Assembly (NCBI GenBank): GCA_964622505.1
Contig: CAZUQJ010000002.1
Location: forward strand, 71,905 to 135,904
Source of the DNA: an uncultured Candidatus Saccharibacteria bacterium
GTDB lineage: Bacteria > Patescibacteriota > Minisyncoccia > Phycocordibacterales > UBA9973
Direction: 5' to 3'
DNA: 64,000 bases
Shown here: in pieces, positions 39,362 to 50,150 of the stretch
Position numbering within the stretch: the first letter of the stretch is position 1
How the letters are laid out: the number at the start of each line of letters is the position of its first letter
Program-made: the position numbers and the translations under genes
The notes under the pieces: generated by a model
The model's input: the letters and a program-made list of their open reading frames with translations, nothing else
What the model was told of the DNA's origin: nothing
The model's database searches: none

Positions 39362-39520
39362 CAAGAAAATCCACGCAGTGGATTTTCGTTGGGGTGAGGA
39401 CATGAACTGCTTCATGTCCTTCAGGGAATTGAAAGATTTTTCCATACAAGCACAGCTTGGCGGAAAAATACCTGGCTATGTAGTAGCCAATTCCTTACCT
39501 TAAGAAAAATTTAATAATTT

Positions 39521-39591
39521 GCGGGATTAGTTTAGTGGTAGAACTACAGTTTTCCAAACTGTTGGCAAGAGTTCGATTCTCTTATCCCGCA
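39521..39591 (+). tRNA. tRNA-Gly(TCC)
   Basis: GCGGGAT acceptor stem; anticodon loop TTTCCAA. Confidence 0.94.
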
Positions 39592-39600
39592 CAATAAAAT

Positions 39601-41379
39601 ATGAAATTTCATTCAAGAGAAGATTTAAAGAAAGTAAAGTATTCTTTGTTTGAATTATTGAAAGACACTTTTAAACTGATCAAACCCTATAAAATGAGGT
39701 TTTTCTTTGCGACTTTTATTAGAATTATAGGCGATCTGGCATATCTATATCCTGTTTATGCATTTGCTTCTATTATTACTTTCTTAAGTCATTATCAAAA
39801 AGGTGAATCTCTGCATTCTATTTGGATAATGGTAATTCTATATTTTGTTTCAATAGTTGTCAGAAACCTATGCCAATACTTTTGCAAGTATATGGGATTT
39901 ACAATTGCGGCTCAAGTTGCAGTCGATTCGAATTTAAAAGCAATTAAACATATGTTTGCTCTAGATATAGCCTGGCACGAAAAGGAAAATTCTGGGAATA
40001 AAATTAAAAGAATTCAGAACGCGGGTGACGGCTTTACTAAAATTATCCGAATTTATTTTGACGACATCGTCCAAATAGTTGTAAATTTTATTGCGATAGG
40101 CTTCATTATGTACAACTTTGACCACAAAGTACTTTTTGCACTAGTTATATTTTTATTTACTTATTTTACAATTTCTTTTTTTCTTACACGCCGAGCGGGG
40201 CAAGCTTATTATGAGGTAAACAAACAAGAAGAAAAAGTAGCGGGGTTACTATTCGAAGCCACTGGTAATATTCGGACGGTCAAGATTATGTCCATGGCTG
40301 ACAATATTTATAAAATTACGAGTGATTCAATGCGTACGCTAATGTGTAAAATTAAAAGTCGCATCAGATGGTTTCAGTTTAAAGGCACACTTCTTTCTTT
40401 TTATGCTGGTAGTTTCAAGATAATAATTATTTTAATCATTATTTATGGAATTATTAATGGTCAGTACGAGATTGGTTTTTTAATTCTATTTAATGGATAT
40501 TTTACTGATTTGCGTTCTTCGATCGAGGAATTATCCAATGCCACACAAGAATTCGTAAATTCTAAATTTAGTATTGCTCGGATGAAGGAAATTTTAGATG
40601 AACCGATTAAAATCGATGATGACAATGGCAAGGGGGCATTGCCACCAGACTGGCAGAAAATTAATTTCAACAAAGTATCGTTTTCTTATGAAAACAATGA
40701 GGTTCTAAACAATGTTTCCTTTGAGGTGAACCGTGGCGAGAAAATCGGTATAATTGGTCTGTCTGGCGCTGGTAAATCTACATTGTTTAAATTATTGCTC
40801 AAGGAGCGCGAAGAATTTACCGGAGATATTTTATTCGACAATATTTCTATAAAGAAAATTCGCAAGAATGATTATTTCGAGCAAGTTTCTGTTGTGCTAC
40901 AGGATACTGAAGTTTTCAATTTCTCTCTTCGTGAAAATATTGTTATAACAAATTCTAAGCAAGAGAAAAATAAAGAATTATTAAACAAAGCCTTGAGTGT
41001 TTCTCATATTTCAGAATTTGTAGACAAACTTCCCCAAGGATTAGATACCCTCATTGGTGAAAAGGGTATTAAATTGTCCGGTGGCGAGAGACAGAGGCTG
41101 GGCATTGCCCGCGCAATATTCAAAGAGCCTCAAATTTTATTGCTCGATGAAGCCACTTCTCATCTAGATGTAGAATCTGAAGAGACAATCAGGGACTCGC
41201 TCCATAAATTTTTTGAGAATGTTACTGCGATTGTTATCGCCCACAGGTTAACCACGATAAAAGAAATGGACAAAATATTGGTAATCGAAGATGGTAAAAT
41301 TATTGAATCAGGTAATTTCGACGAACTATATAAATCCCAAGGTAGATTTTTTGAACTTTGGAACAAGCAAAAGCTGTAA
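39601..41379 (+). CDS. ABC exporter, fused permease and ATPase
   Basis: Six-TM domain, GLSGAGKST, LSGGERQR, LLLDEATSHLD, IAHRL. Confidence 0.93.
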   Translation: MKFHSREDLKKVKYSLFELLKDTFKLIKPYKMRFFFATFIRIIGDLAYLYPVYAFASIITFLSHYQKGESLHSIWIMVILYFVSIVVRNLCQYFCKYMGFTIAAQVAVDSNLKAIKHMFALDIAWHEKENSGNKIKRIQNAGDGFTKIIRIYFDDIVQIVVNFIAIGFIMYNFDHKVLFALVIFLFTYFTISFFLTRRAGQAYYEVNKQEEKVAGLLFEATGNIRTVKIMSMADNIYKITSDSMRTLMCKIKSRIRWFQFKGTLLSFYAGSFKIIIILIIIYGIINGQYEIGFLILFNGYFTDLRSSIEELSNATQEFVNSKFSIARMKEILDEPIKIDDDNGKGALPPDWQKINFNKVSFSYENNEVLNNVSFEVNRGEKIGIIGLSGAGKSTLFKLLLKEREEFTGDILFDNISIKKIRKNDYFEQVSVVLQDTEVFNFSLRENIVITNSKQEKNKELLNKALSVSHISEFVDKLPQGLDTLIGEKGIKLSGGERQRLGIARAIFKEPQILLLDEATSHLDVESEETIRDSLHKFFENVTAIVIAHRLTTIKEMDKILVIEDGKIIESGNFDELYKSQGRFFELWNKQKL

Positions 41380-41428
41380 TTAAAAGTAAAAAAGGTCCCG
41401 GAGGACCTTTGATAGCTGTTTAATATTT

Positions 41429-42553
41429 TTATGAATTCAGAACCGTTTGCTTTGGTTTAAAACTCATCTCAATAACATGGATGGAATGATCTACGAAGCC
41501 TTCAGCGATAGTGTCGTATCTATTGTAAGGAAGTTTAAATTCTTTGCAGAAATTAATCATGATTTCACTGACAATAGGGTAGTGCTCTGGATTGATATCC
41601 GGGAAAGCATGATGTTCGATCTGGTTAGAAAGACCACCCGTAAGTAATCTTACCCAGTAACTATCTTGCCCAAAATTGGCAGTAGATAGTATTTGAACAA
41701 TAATCCAATCATTTTTTATATTGCCTGTAGCCTGATCTGGCTTCAAGAAGATAGATTTGCGCTGTACATGAGCAAGTTGGAAAATGATAGTGATGATCAA
41801 ACCTGTAGTACAAATCATACAAACGTATGCTCTGAGCATCTCTTCAAACCCAAAAACTACATAAGGGAGAACCATAAAAAGCAAAACGTGGATAATTTTA
41901 CCACCTAAAATTATAAAAATGTCGGCGAATCCTATCTTTTTAATTTCTGTCTGTCCAACTTTCATCTGGTATAACTTCTGGAAGTCTTTTATGAAAATCC
42001 ATTGAAAATGCAGAAAAGCATAAAATGGCAACATGTATACGATTTGAACCAAGTGCCAAGGATACCATTTTTGCAAGGGGCTGAAGCGAAATACTCCTCC
42101 TGTTTCGATGTCATCATCGAATTCATATATGTTGGTATATGTGTGGTGTACAACCTCGTGTTTGATTTTCCAAAAAAAGGAGCTTACACCTGAAAATAAA
42201 TCAAAGCTATATGATAAGAGCTCATTGACTTCCTTGTTTTTAGAAAAGCTTCCATGGCTGGCTGTGTGACCTACCATAAAACCAATAAATCCTATGATTG
42301 CTCCTAAGATTCCTGCATAGACATAGTGACTTCTTGGAGAGGCGTCTCTGATGTATGGTAGCAACAGTAGTACAAAGAATAAAAATATCATTAGTCCCGC
42401 TGGTAGATATGATCTCCATGTGCCAGTGAGGGGTATATTTTTTTCTTTGAAGTGGTCGTATACTCTAGATTTTAGAATACGCAATAAATTAACATCGGGG
42501 TTCCTTTTTACAAACTTTATAATTTTCATATGTACAAATTTTCTTTTAATCAT
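41429..42553 (-). CDS. Membrane fatty acid (acyl-CoA) desaturase
   Basis: His boxes HTASH, HEVVHH and QIEHH; HHTYTNI; GGLSNQIEHHAFP. Confidence 0.88.
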   Translation of the reverse strand: MIKRKFVHMKIIKFVKRNPDVNLLRILKSRVYDHFKEKNIPLTGTWRSYLPAGLMIFLFFVLLLLPYIRDASPRSHYVYAGILGAIIGFIGFMVGHTASHGSFSKNKEVNELLSYSFDLFSGVSSFFWKIKHEVVHHTYTNIYEFDDDIETGGVFRFSPLQKWYPWHLVQIVYMLPFYAFLHFQWIFIKDFQKLYQMKVGQTEIKKIGFADIFIILGGKIIHVLLFMVLPYVVFGFEEMLRAYVCMICTTGLIITIIFQLAHVQRKSIFLKPDQATGNIKNDWIIVQILSTANFGQDSYWVRLLTGGLSNQIEHHAFPDINPEHYPIVSEIMINFCKEFKLPYNRYDTIAEGFVDHSIHVIEMSFKPKQTVLNS

Positions 42554-42656
42554 ACCATGAGAGGGGATTATTAGGCATTAAAAAATCACCCAAGATAGAG
42601 ATAGGTGATTTTTTAATCTGTATTAGTGTTTCTCGAATTCCCGAGACAACAAATAA

Positions 42657-42929
42657 TTATTTAACAGCGTCTTTTAGTGCTTTTGCTGCGCGGAATTTTG
42701 GAACTTTTGTAGCTGCAACTTTTACAGCTTCACCAGTTTTAGGATTGCGAGCCATACGAGCTGCGCGTGCCTTTACTGAAAAGATTCCAAGACCTGCGAT
42801 TGATACATCTTCGCCTTTACTCAACGTAGAAACGATAGCATCAAACATTCCGTTCACGATTTCTTCAGCTTGTACTTTTGTACCGCCTAGCTTGCCATGA
42901 ACCCACTCTACTAATGCTTGTTTATTCAT
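42657..42929 (-). CDS. hup: DNA-binding protein HU
   Basis: MNKQAL..., GLGIFSV, RNPKTGE, PKFRAAKALKDAV. Confidence 0.95.
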   Translation of the reverse strand: MNKQALVEWVHGKLGGTKVQAEEIVNGMFDAIVSTLSKGEDVSIAGLGIFSVKARAARMARNPKTGEAVKVAATKVPKFRAAKALKDAVK

Positions 42930-43157
42930 ATTTTACTTTCTGATAATTTTTTACATTACCAACTTAGCTAAATAATTTCGACCGTTTGCAAACGATCCCT
43001 GATAAACAGGAGTAATACCATTATATACCAATGGTATTTTTATGAATATATTGACAAAAAAGTTTTCTACTTTCTAATTTTTTCTAAATTTTTACCCTAA
43101 TTTCGTAAAAAAGCCATAAAATTTGCTAAAAATACCGATATATTGTATAGTTTGTGG

Positions 43158-43487
43158 GTTCCGCGTCGAATGATCGCTATCTATATTATTTATAATAATG
43201 GGTAGAGGAAAGTCCGAACATTTATTTCTAGAGTAATCTAGAGGAAGAGTAGCAGGTAATGCCTGTCTGGGGTAACCCAAGAGGTGCGAGCAGTGACGCC
43301 GATGCCGAAAGGCTAGGGCTCCTTCAGGAGTAATCGTATGGAAACATGCGGGTGAAACGGCTAAATCCTTACTTGAATGCAAGATCGTGCCTTTGCGTAA
43401 GCAGGGGAGAATCGCTTGAGCTATGTGGCGACACATGGCCCAGATAAATGATCATTTCAAACAGAATTCGGCTTATGAACGCGAAAC
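43158..43487 (+). ncRNA. rnpB: RNase P RNA
   Basis: GAGGAAAGTCC, GGGTGAAACGG, TCGCTTGAG, AGATAAATG, ACAGAATTCGGCTTA; terminal P1 pairing. Confidence 0.93.
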
Positions 43488-43583
43488 ACATACGAAGACA
43501 CACGGCACCAAAGGCTGTGTGTTTTCATTTCTACTTATTAAGAAAAACAAAAAAATCCCCGAGAGGGGATTTTTTTGTTGTAA

Positions 43584-45110
43584 CTATCTCGCGTACTCTA
43601 TTATTCGGTTCTCTCTTATCATCGTTACTTTTATTTCGCCTGGGTAGGTGAGTTCTTCTTCTATTTTCTTTGCTATATCGCGTGCCATTTCTTTTGCCCC
43701 GAGGTCACTGACTTTTTCTGGAGTGACAAAGATTCGGATTTCACGGCCGGCTGCGAGTGCGTACGACTTCTCTACGCCATCAAAAGTTTTGGTCAGAGCT
43801 TCGAGGTCTTGCAATCGTTTAATATAATTCTCGACAGAGTCACGACGTGCGCCAGGGCGGCCTCCGGAAATGTGGTCGGCAGTTTGCACGATCACAGCTT
43901 CGATACTTTCGTGAGGGCAGTCGTCGTGGTGAGACTTCATCGATGTAATGATGCGCGGATCCGCACCAAACTTTTGCAATATTCGGATACCAATATCGAT
44001 GTGTGTACCTTGGACTTCGTGGTCGAGCGCTTTTCCGATATCGTGTACCAATGCTCCAGCTTTGGAAACTGCTACGTCTGCGCCGAGCTCTTGTGCGAGC
44101 ATGCCTGCGATGTGTGCCATTTCTATGGAGTGTTGAAGAACATTTTGGCCATAACTAGTACGGAAGTATAGTCGGCCGACAATAGCTACGATACGTGGGT
44201 CGAGGTTGAATATTCCACATTCATAGACTGCTTGCTCACCTTTCTCCTTTATAATCTTGTTGATATCAGCTTGAGCTTTGTTTATCATTTCTTCGATTTT
44301 TGCTGGTTGGATACGGCCATCGAGGATCAGATTTTCTAAAGCCAATCGGGCAACTTGTCGTCGTACTGGATCAAATGAAGATATCACTATCGCACCTGGA
44401 GTCTCGTCGACAATCAATTCTACTCCACTTGCACGCTCAAAAGCACGAATGTTTCGGCCTTCTTTCCCGATAATTTTACCTTTGACATCGTCGGATGGGA
44501 TATTGACCGATGAAGTCATCATCTCGCTTGCAGTAGAGGCAGCGAGGCGGTTGATAGAAGTCGAAAGGATGTCTTTTGCACGACGGTCCAACTTTTCTGC
44601 ATTAGTAGTCTCCATCTTTTGCATACGTACTAGCAAGTCTTCTTCGTATCGAGATTCGATATTCTTGAAAAGGATTTCTTTGGCATCATCGACGGACAGG
44701 TGCGCAACCTTCTCTAGCTCCTTTTCTTTTTCAGCTTGCATACCATCGACGCGCTCTTTGATCCGGCGGATTTCGTCGGCCTTGCCTTTCAGGCTCTCTA
44801 CTTCGCGGTCGATATCTCCTTGTCGAGCATCGAGAGTTTCCTCCTTTTTTATCAAACGATGCTCGGTACGCTTCCATTCGTGCTCTTTTTCTTTTTCTTC
44901 TCCATGGAGCTCTTTGAGTCGATCCTCAGCCTTGGCTTTTGCTCCGTCTAATATCTTTTGAGCTTCCTCTTTTGCGCCGATCGTCATCTGCTTGATCTCG
45001 AGCTCCATTGAGCCCTTCTTACCAAGCGAAATAACAAGGCGCAAATAATATCCAACACCGACACCAATAGCGAGTGCCAATCCGGATATGATTATTGTTG
45101 TTAAATTCAT
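43584..45110 (-). CDS. rny: Ribonuclease Y
   Basis: TM anchor, KH domain (KGKIIGKEGRNIR), HD domain (HDIGK), RPGARR. Confidence 0.96.
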   Translation of the reverse strand: MNLTTIIISGLALAIGVGVGYYLRLVISLGKKGSMELEIKQMTIGAKEEAQKILDGAKAKAEDRLKELHGEEKEKEHEWKRTEHRLIKKEETLDARQGDIDREVESLKGKADEIRRIKERVDGMQAEKEKELEKVAHLSVDDAKEILFKNIESRYEEDLLVRMQKMETTNAEKLDRRAKDILSTSINRLAASTASEMMTSSVNIPSDDVKGKIIGKEGRNIRAFERASGVELIVDETPGAIVISSFDPVRRQVARLALENLILDGRIQPAKIEEMINKAQADINKIIKEKGEQAVYECGIFNLDPRIVAIVGRLYFRTSYGQNVLQHSIEMAHIAGMLAQELGADVAVSKAGALVHDIGKALDHEVQGTHIDIGIRILQKFGADPRIITSMKSHHDDCPHESIEAVIVQTADHISGGRPGARRDSVENYIKRLQDLEALTKTFDGVEKSYALAAGREIRIFVTPEKVSDLGAKEMARDIAKKIEEELTYPGEIKVTMIRENRIIEYAR

Positions 45111-45400
45111 ATAATGGGTTGCCCCATCTCAAAATACCAATCTATTATGATTGTTTTGTCTGTCGAAACTTTAGAATATCTTTCAGAATATAGGTTTGTA
45201 AGGCAATTTTTATCATTGTTTAAAGTGTTATTGTAAGACGGAACTTTCTAAACTTTTAAAATTCGATATTCTCATCATACCCGATATATCCAATTTTGTC
45301 TAGATATAGTACAAGTTATCCCCATATTCTATATTCAGAGCTCGGAAAGACGTTTTTAAGTGTTATAATGAATCTATATTATTAAGTCAATTTTTATTCT

Positions 45401-47134
45401 ATGAGAAAATTATTTACGTTTGTAATGTTTCTGTTTTTTATGTTAGTTTCGTTTGCTGGAACAGCTTCCGCTGCTGCCCTCAAAGTAACTCTTACTAGCA
45501 CAACGCCAACAGGGGGAGAAGTAAAAGCTGGCGACAAAAATGTTGAATTTGCTCATTTTTCAGTAGCCAACACAAGTAAAAGTGATGTAAAAATTGGCGA
45601 CTTTATTGTTGCTCAACAAGAAGGTCAAAAAGGTATGATTGAGAATCTGGCGCTGTACGACTCGAGTGGTAATAAAATAAGTGAAAAAATGAACACAAAA
45701 GATGGTAATTTTTATTTCGGTAGCACCTCAGGACTTTTTACTGTCACTAAAGGCGCAACTTTTAAGGTAATTGTTAAGGGGGATATTTCTGCTTCAGCTT
45801 CAGCTCAAAATAATTCAAAAGTTGGGATATCGTTTAGTAAATCTTTTGGGAAAGACCTGTCGACTAATGGTCTTGTTACTTTTGATCAGAGCATAAAAGC
45901 AAATTTGAAGATGTTCGCGACACCAGAATGTGCCTTGGCGACGCAACCTTGGATCAAAGTCATTTCTCCAAATGGAGGGGAGGGTCAGTCGTATAAACCT
46001 GCCGATAAATATACTATTACTTGGGATAGTTGCAATGTGAAAGGCAAAGTTGACGTTGCTCTAGTATATCCTAGCTCTTTTAACCTTAATTTTGGAATTA
46101 CTGCCCTGACAGTTGATAATACTGGATCAACAACGACTACCATACCAGCCTCGAAACTTTTTTATAGTCCAAAGGGTCTTCAAGATGGTACATACTATAA
46201 AATTTCTGTAACTGACCACGATACAGGAAAAATTGTAGATATGAGCGATGAAAATTTTAGTATTCGTTCATCATCCACACCTTCTTGTAATGCGAGTACT
46301 TCACCTTGGGTCAAGGTGATATCCCCAAACGGAGGAGAGACATATACGCTGGGTAAACACATTCCCGTACAATGGGAAAAGTGCAATATATCTGGTAATT
46401 CTGTGAGTGTGAAGCTTGGGCGTACTGCTGCTGGTTTTACGTTTGATTTATATGATCAATATAGGAATAGTGTAAATTTCCCTCTATCGGTATGGCCAAG
46501 TTTGCCTCCTGTCACTCAAGCGATAGGTACAGGCCAGTATAAGATAATAGTTGAAGGAGTTAAAGGAGGTGCTCAAGCAAAACTGATTTCTGATCAGAGC
46601 GATCAAACATTTACAGTAAAAAGCCCAGTGAGTATTGCTGTAAGCTCAAAGACGACTAAGGCTAAAAGTATTTATCCTGGTGGTAAAGATATTGAATTTG
46701 GAAGATTTATTATTTCTAATAAGATGACAGATGAGCAGTTCAAGGCAATCCTTGTGGGATTCAAGCAAGTGGGGACACACACCTCCAAGATAGAAAATCT
46801 ACGATTATATGACACAAAAGGAAATAAATTAAATCAAAGTGATTGGGTACAATATAAAAACACTGAATTTACAATAGGAAATACTTCTAACACTTTGCTT
46901 ACTGTTGAAAAAAATAGAACATTTGAAGTCGTCGTCGTCGGTGACTTGTCTTCCTCTGCGAAAGCTGGCGAAACTGTGGGATTTAAAGCAGGAATAGGTT
47001 ATGGTGTTTATTTTATAAGTCCATATCATACATTTATACCGAAAGGTACTATTGAAGTTGGTTCCCCTGACACAACAAACTTAATGAAAGTTGATACAGG
47101 AGTAACAAGTCAAAATAATACAAAAAAGCAATAG
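45401..47134 (+). CDS. Secreted Ig-like surface protein with two PW(I/V)KVISPNGGE repeats
   Basis: Signal peptide; A-B-B-A domain arrangement. Confidence 0.75.
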   Translation: MRKLFTFVMFLFFMLVSFAGTASAAALKVTLTSTTPTGGEVKAGDKNVEFAHFSVANTSKSDVKIGDFIVAQQEGQKGMIENLALYDSSGNKISEKMNTKDGNFYFGSTSGLFTVTKGATFKVIVKGDISASASAQNNSKVGISFSKSFGKDLSTNGLVTFDQSIKANLKMFATPECALATQPWIKVISPNGGEGQSYKPADKYTITWDSCNVKGKVDVALVYPSSFNLNFGITALTVDNTGSTTTTIPASKLFYSPKGLQDGTYYKISVTDHDTGKIVDMSDENFSIRSSSTPSCNASTSPWVKVISPNGGETYTLGKHIPVQWEKCNISGNSVSVKLGRTAAGFTFDLYDQYRNSVNFPLSVWPSLPPVTQAIGTGQYKIIVEGVKGGAQAKLISDQSDQTFTVKSPVSIAVSSKTTKAKSIYPGGKDIEFGRFIISNKMTDEQFKAILVGFKQVGTHTSKIENLRLYDTKGNKLNQSDWVQYKNTEFTIGNTSNTLLTVEKNRTFEVVVVGDLSSSAKAGETVGFKAGIGYGVYFISPYHTFIPKGTIEVGSPDTTNLMKVDTGVTSQNNTKKQ

Positions 47135-47288
47135 TTACTATAACCAAATTGTATTTAAAAATATTTTCAACTAGGAGTTATCCACTGTATTCTTTCTATC
47201 ATTTTTTATAACATGATAGAATAAAGTAGGTTTATCGGGCCCGTTCTAAGTGTTATTAATTTATTATCTTTAAGTAAAAAATAAAATT

Positions 47289-47906
47289 ATGAAAAAAGTA
47301 TCAATGTTTCTAATGGTTATCGCAGTCGCTGTTTTTGGTGCTAATTATGCAAATGCTGCTGCAACACAACAAACAAATAGTAATGTAAATTGTAGTTACA
47401 TAGATCAAAATGGTAATAAGGGGTATAATTGTGATAGATTAGGTGGTGATTATACTGACGGTGGTGGAAGTGGTGGTAGTACAGCAAACAATACTGGGAC
47501 AAAAAGCTCTACTACAACTTCTAAAACAAACACAAGTGCGAATACAAAGACAAACACAACTACTGGTACCAATACTAAGACAAACACAACAACAAAAAAC
47601 ACTTCAACTAACAATACAACCACTAAGAAAGCAGACACTAAGACAGAAACTAAGACAGGCACTAAAACAGGGGCAGGTTCAAGCACCTCTACTAAAACTA
47701 CTTTCAAAGTTATAAAGTATGGTATGTCTAGTAAAGAGGTAACAGATGTTCAAAATGCTCTAACAACTAAAAAGCATTTCAAGGCAAAAGTTGATGGCAA
47801 GTTTGGTGTCGACACTTTGAATGCAGTGAAGGCATTCCAAAAAGCAAATAAATTGAAAGTCGATGGAATCGTGGGAGAGAGTACTTTTGACTTACTGATG
47901 AAATAA
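47289..47906 (+). CDS. Secreted Thr-rich protein with a C-terminal peptidoglycan-binding domain
   Basis: VTDVQNAL...VDGKFG..T..AVKAFQKANKLKVDGIVG. Confidence 0.85.
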   Translation: MKKVSMFLMVIAVAVFGANYANAAATQQTNSNVNCSYIDQNGNKGYNCDRLGGDYTDGGGSGGSTANNTGTKSSTTTSKTNTSANTKTNTTTGTNTKTNTTTKNTSTNNTTTKKADTKTETKTGTKTGAGSSTSTKTTFKVIKYGMSSKEVTDVQNALTTKKHFKAKVDGKFGVDTLNAVKAFQKANKLKVDGIVGESTFDLLMK

Positions 47907-48021
47907 AAACCTAAGTTAATATAATGTTTAAACAAAAACCACCTATTAGGTGGTTTTTGTTATGTTGACAGCAACATTTTGTGTTATAATGAATCCATAT
48001 TATTAGGTCACTTTATATATT

Positions 48022-50106
48022 ATGAAAAAATTATTTTTTGCTTTTGTTTTTTTGATGGTCGTTGGTTTTGGAGTGCAACAAGCACATGCTTTGGTTACTC
48101 CAAATGAGCCGGTGCTTACAAACACTGGAGTTATTTTAAAACAAGGGAGTACTGGAACTACAGTCACAGAGTTGCAACAGACACTGATCGATAAGGGGTA
48201 TCTCCTGGGTAAAGCAGACGGTAAGTTTGGTCTGCTCACTACAAATGCAGTAAAGGCATTCCAAAAAGCAAATAAGTTGAAAGTTGATGGTGTTGTGGGG
48301 GCGGGAACACTCTTGGTCCTAAATGACCCATCTTCCGGCTCAACAACTGGTGGTACAAATACTGGTACTAGTAGTGCAGGAAATGGAACAAATAGCAACA
48401 CCAACAGTAATACAAATAGCAAGATAACAAAATCAGAAACGATAACTCTCTCAAGTACAAAGAATAAAAATATTTTGTTGAAAAATTATTCATGCAAAGA
48501 TACTGTTGCAAAAGCAAAGTTGGGTATATGGACAGGAGAGGCGCTAGATGAAGCAAAAGATGCCCTCACTAGTCTTTCTGATGTTTGGACTACTACAGAT
48601 GGTACACTTTGGACAAAAGAAGCAGACAAAATAAGTGTTGGTCAAGGATGGGAAAGAATGGTAGTTACTATAAAAGAAGGTGGCAAAGACACAGTTTACT
48701 CGTTTGGTGCTAAATACAAAGTAGGTGGCTCTGAGTCAGATAATGCAATTTACAAATCTACCGATTTCGTCAACTGGACTTATGTAGGAGATATGCCAGA
48801 TTTCTCAAGATACTACGATAAATCGATTGTTCATTTCAATGGAAAATTCTGGGCAATATCAAGCGAAGAACCTAATACAAGCTCAGACGTTGTTGGTGTG
48901 TGGAGTTCAAGTAATGGCTCAAGTTGGAAACAAGAACTTAACGATGTGCCTTGGGATGGAAATGGTAGGGATACTGTTACAAACGGAAAGGGTAGCTATA
49001 ATAGCAATAGTTTAGGAGCTTTTGTGATCGGCAAAGAAATGTTTTACCTAGTTTACAATGATAATGTGATGACTATTTACTCAACAACTGATGGTAAAAA
49101 ATGGACAAACCAAGGAGCTCTTGTGGATAGCAGTACTTCTGCTAGTTTCAAAATTGGAACAAATACTAACCCAGCTCCAGTGACCTACAATGGTGAAGTA
49201 TACATCTACTCTACTGTTCCTGGGACAATGAGTCCAATAACTATTAAGACAAAAAATGGCAAAAAATGGGTTCGTGTTACAAGCACTGAAGATAGATCAA
49301 ATTATACAAATGGATTAAAAGATACAGATTATGCTCCAGGGTATTATTCAAGTGATTTAGTGTTCAATAATAAACTATGGAAAATCGGCGGTATGAACAA
49401 TACAAAAGGTAATGATAACGCAATCTACACATCAAAAGATGGAGCTGATTGGAAAAAAATGGATGTCGAAGGTGTGTCAGAATTCCCAGGGCCTGCTGAT
49501 CGCCAACTTTCTGGAGCGGCTGTTATAACTGGATCAATGAAGATGAAGGCTACAAATTTGCAAATAGCAAGAAAATATAATTCAACAGGATGGTTTACAG
49601 GAAGTGATGAAACAGCTAGAAATTTAGGTGAATGGAATCTAATAGCAAATTCTGAAAAGAATACAAAGAACACTGGTCCAGTATCTGTTGCAAGTCTTAG
49701 TTTTGTAGGCAATAACTATAAATCTTCCCTAGGAGGTAAAGAAATTTCAAGTCTTGAAACTATGGAGAATCTGACCGTATATATAGACGATGTGAAAGTT
49801 GGTTCAATTACCAAATTCAAAGGTCCATTCTTTGAGACAACTGGTAGTAAGCTTGCATTACCTCAAACAATTAAACTTGATACACCATATACAATCAATC
49901 AGGGTCAAAGTGTTTGGGTGAAATTGGTTGCAGACTTCCCAAAGCCTGCGTTTGGCAACATTGAGTACAGGACATTCTTAAATGGAATTACATTCAAAGA
50001 TGGATACACTACACCATGTCTTGTATACAACAATGAAACAACCGACGGATACTTCTCTGTCCCGGGAGCGAATTTGTATTACAAAGATGCTAAGTTGCCT
50101 AACTAA
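48022..50106 (+). CDS. Secreted protein with an N-terminal peptidoglycan-binding domain and BNR/beta-propeller repeats
   Basis: PG-binding domain; repeated (S/T)xDGxxW Asp-boxes. Confidence 0.8.
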   Translation: MKKLFFAFVFLMVVGFGVQQAHALVTPNEPVLTNTGVILKQGSTGTTVTELQQTLIDKGYLLGKADGKFGLLTTNAVKAFQKANKLKVDGVVGAGTLLVLNDPSSGSTTGGTNTGTSSAGNGTNSNTNSNTNSKITKSETITLSSTKNKNILLKNYSCKDTVAKAKLGIWTGEALDEAKDALTSLSDVWTTTDGTLWTKEADKISVGQGWERMVVTIKEGGKDTVYSFGAKYKVGGSESDNAIYKSTDFVNWTYVGDMPDFSRYYDKSIVHFNGKFWAISSEEPNTSSDVVGVWSSSNGSSWKQELNDVPWDGNGRDTVTNGKGSYNSNSLGAFVIGKEMFYLVYNDNVMTIYSTTDGKKWTNQGALVDSSTSASFKIGTNTNPAPVTYNGEVYIYSTVPGTMSPITIKTKNGKKWVRVTSTEDRSNYTNGLKDTDYAPGYYSSDLVFNNKLWKIGGMNNTKGNDNAIYTSKDGADWKKMDVEGVSEFPGPADRQLSGAAVITGSMKMKATNLQIARKYNSTGWFTGSDETARNLGEWNLIANSEKNTKNTGPVSVASLSFVGNNYKSSLGGKEISSLETMENLTVYIDDVKVGSITKFKGPFFETTGSKLALPQTIKLDTPYTINQGQSVWVKLVADFPKPAFGNIEYRTFLNGITFKDGYTTPCLVYNNETTDGYFSVPGANLYYKDAKLPN

Positions 50107-50150
50107 CAAGAATAAAAATACCCCACTTTAGTGGGGTATTTTTATTTAGA

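Noticed and set aside
39592-42553. Genomic island integrated at tRNA-Gly
   Set aside because: No duplicated tRNA 3' end or adjacent integrase was seen.
45111-45290. rny upstream region as a 6S RNA or riboswitch
   Set aside because: Only short AT-rich pairings (AGAATATC/GATATTCT) are visible, which is not enough without a covariance search.
47460-47705. ACAAACACAAC-type repeats as a CRISPR array or tandem repeat locus
   Set aside because: They encode a Thr/Asn/Lys linker within an ORF. No constant repeat-spacer period or cas genes were seen in the window.
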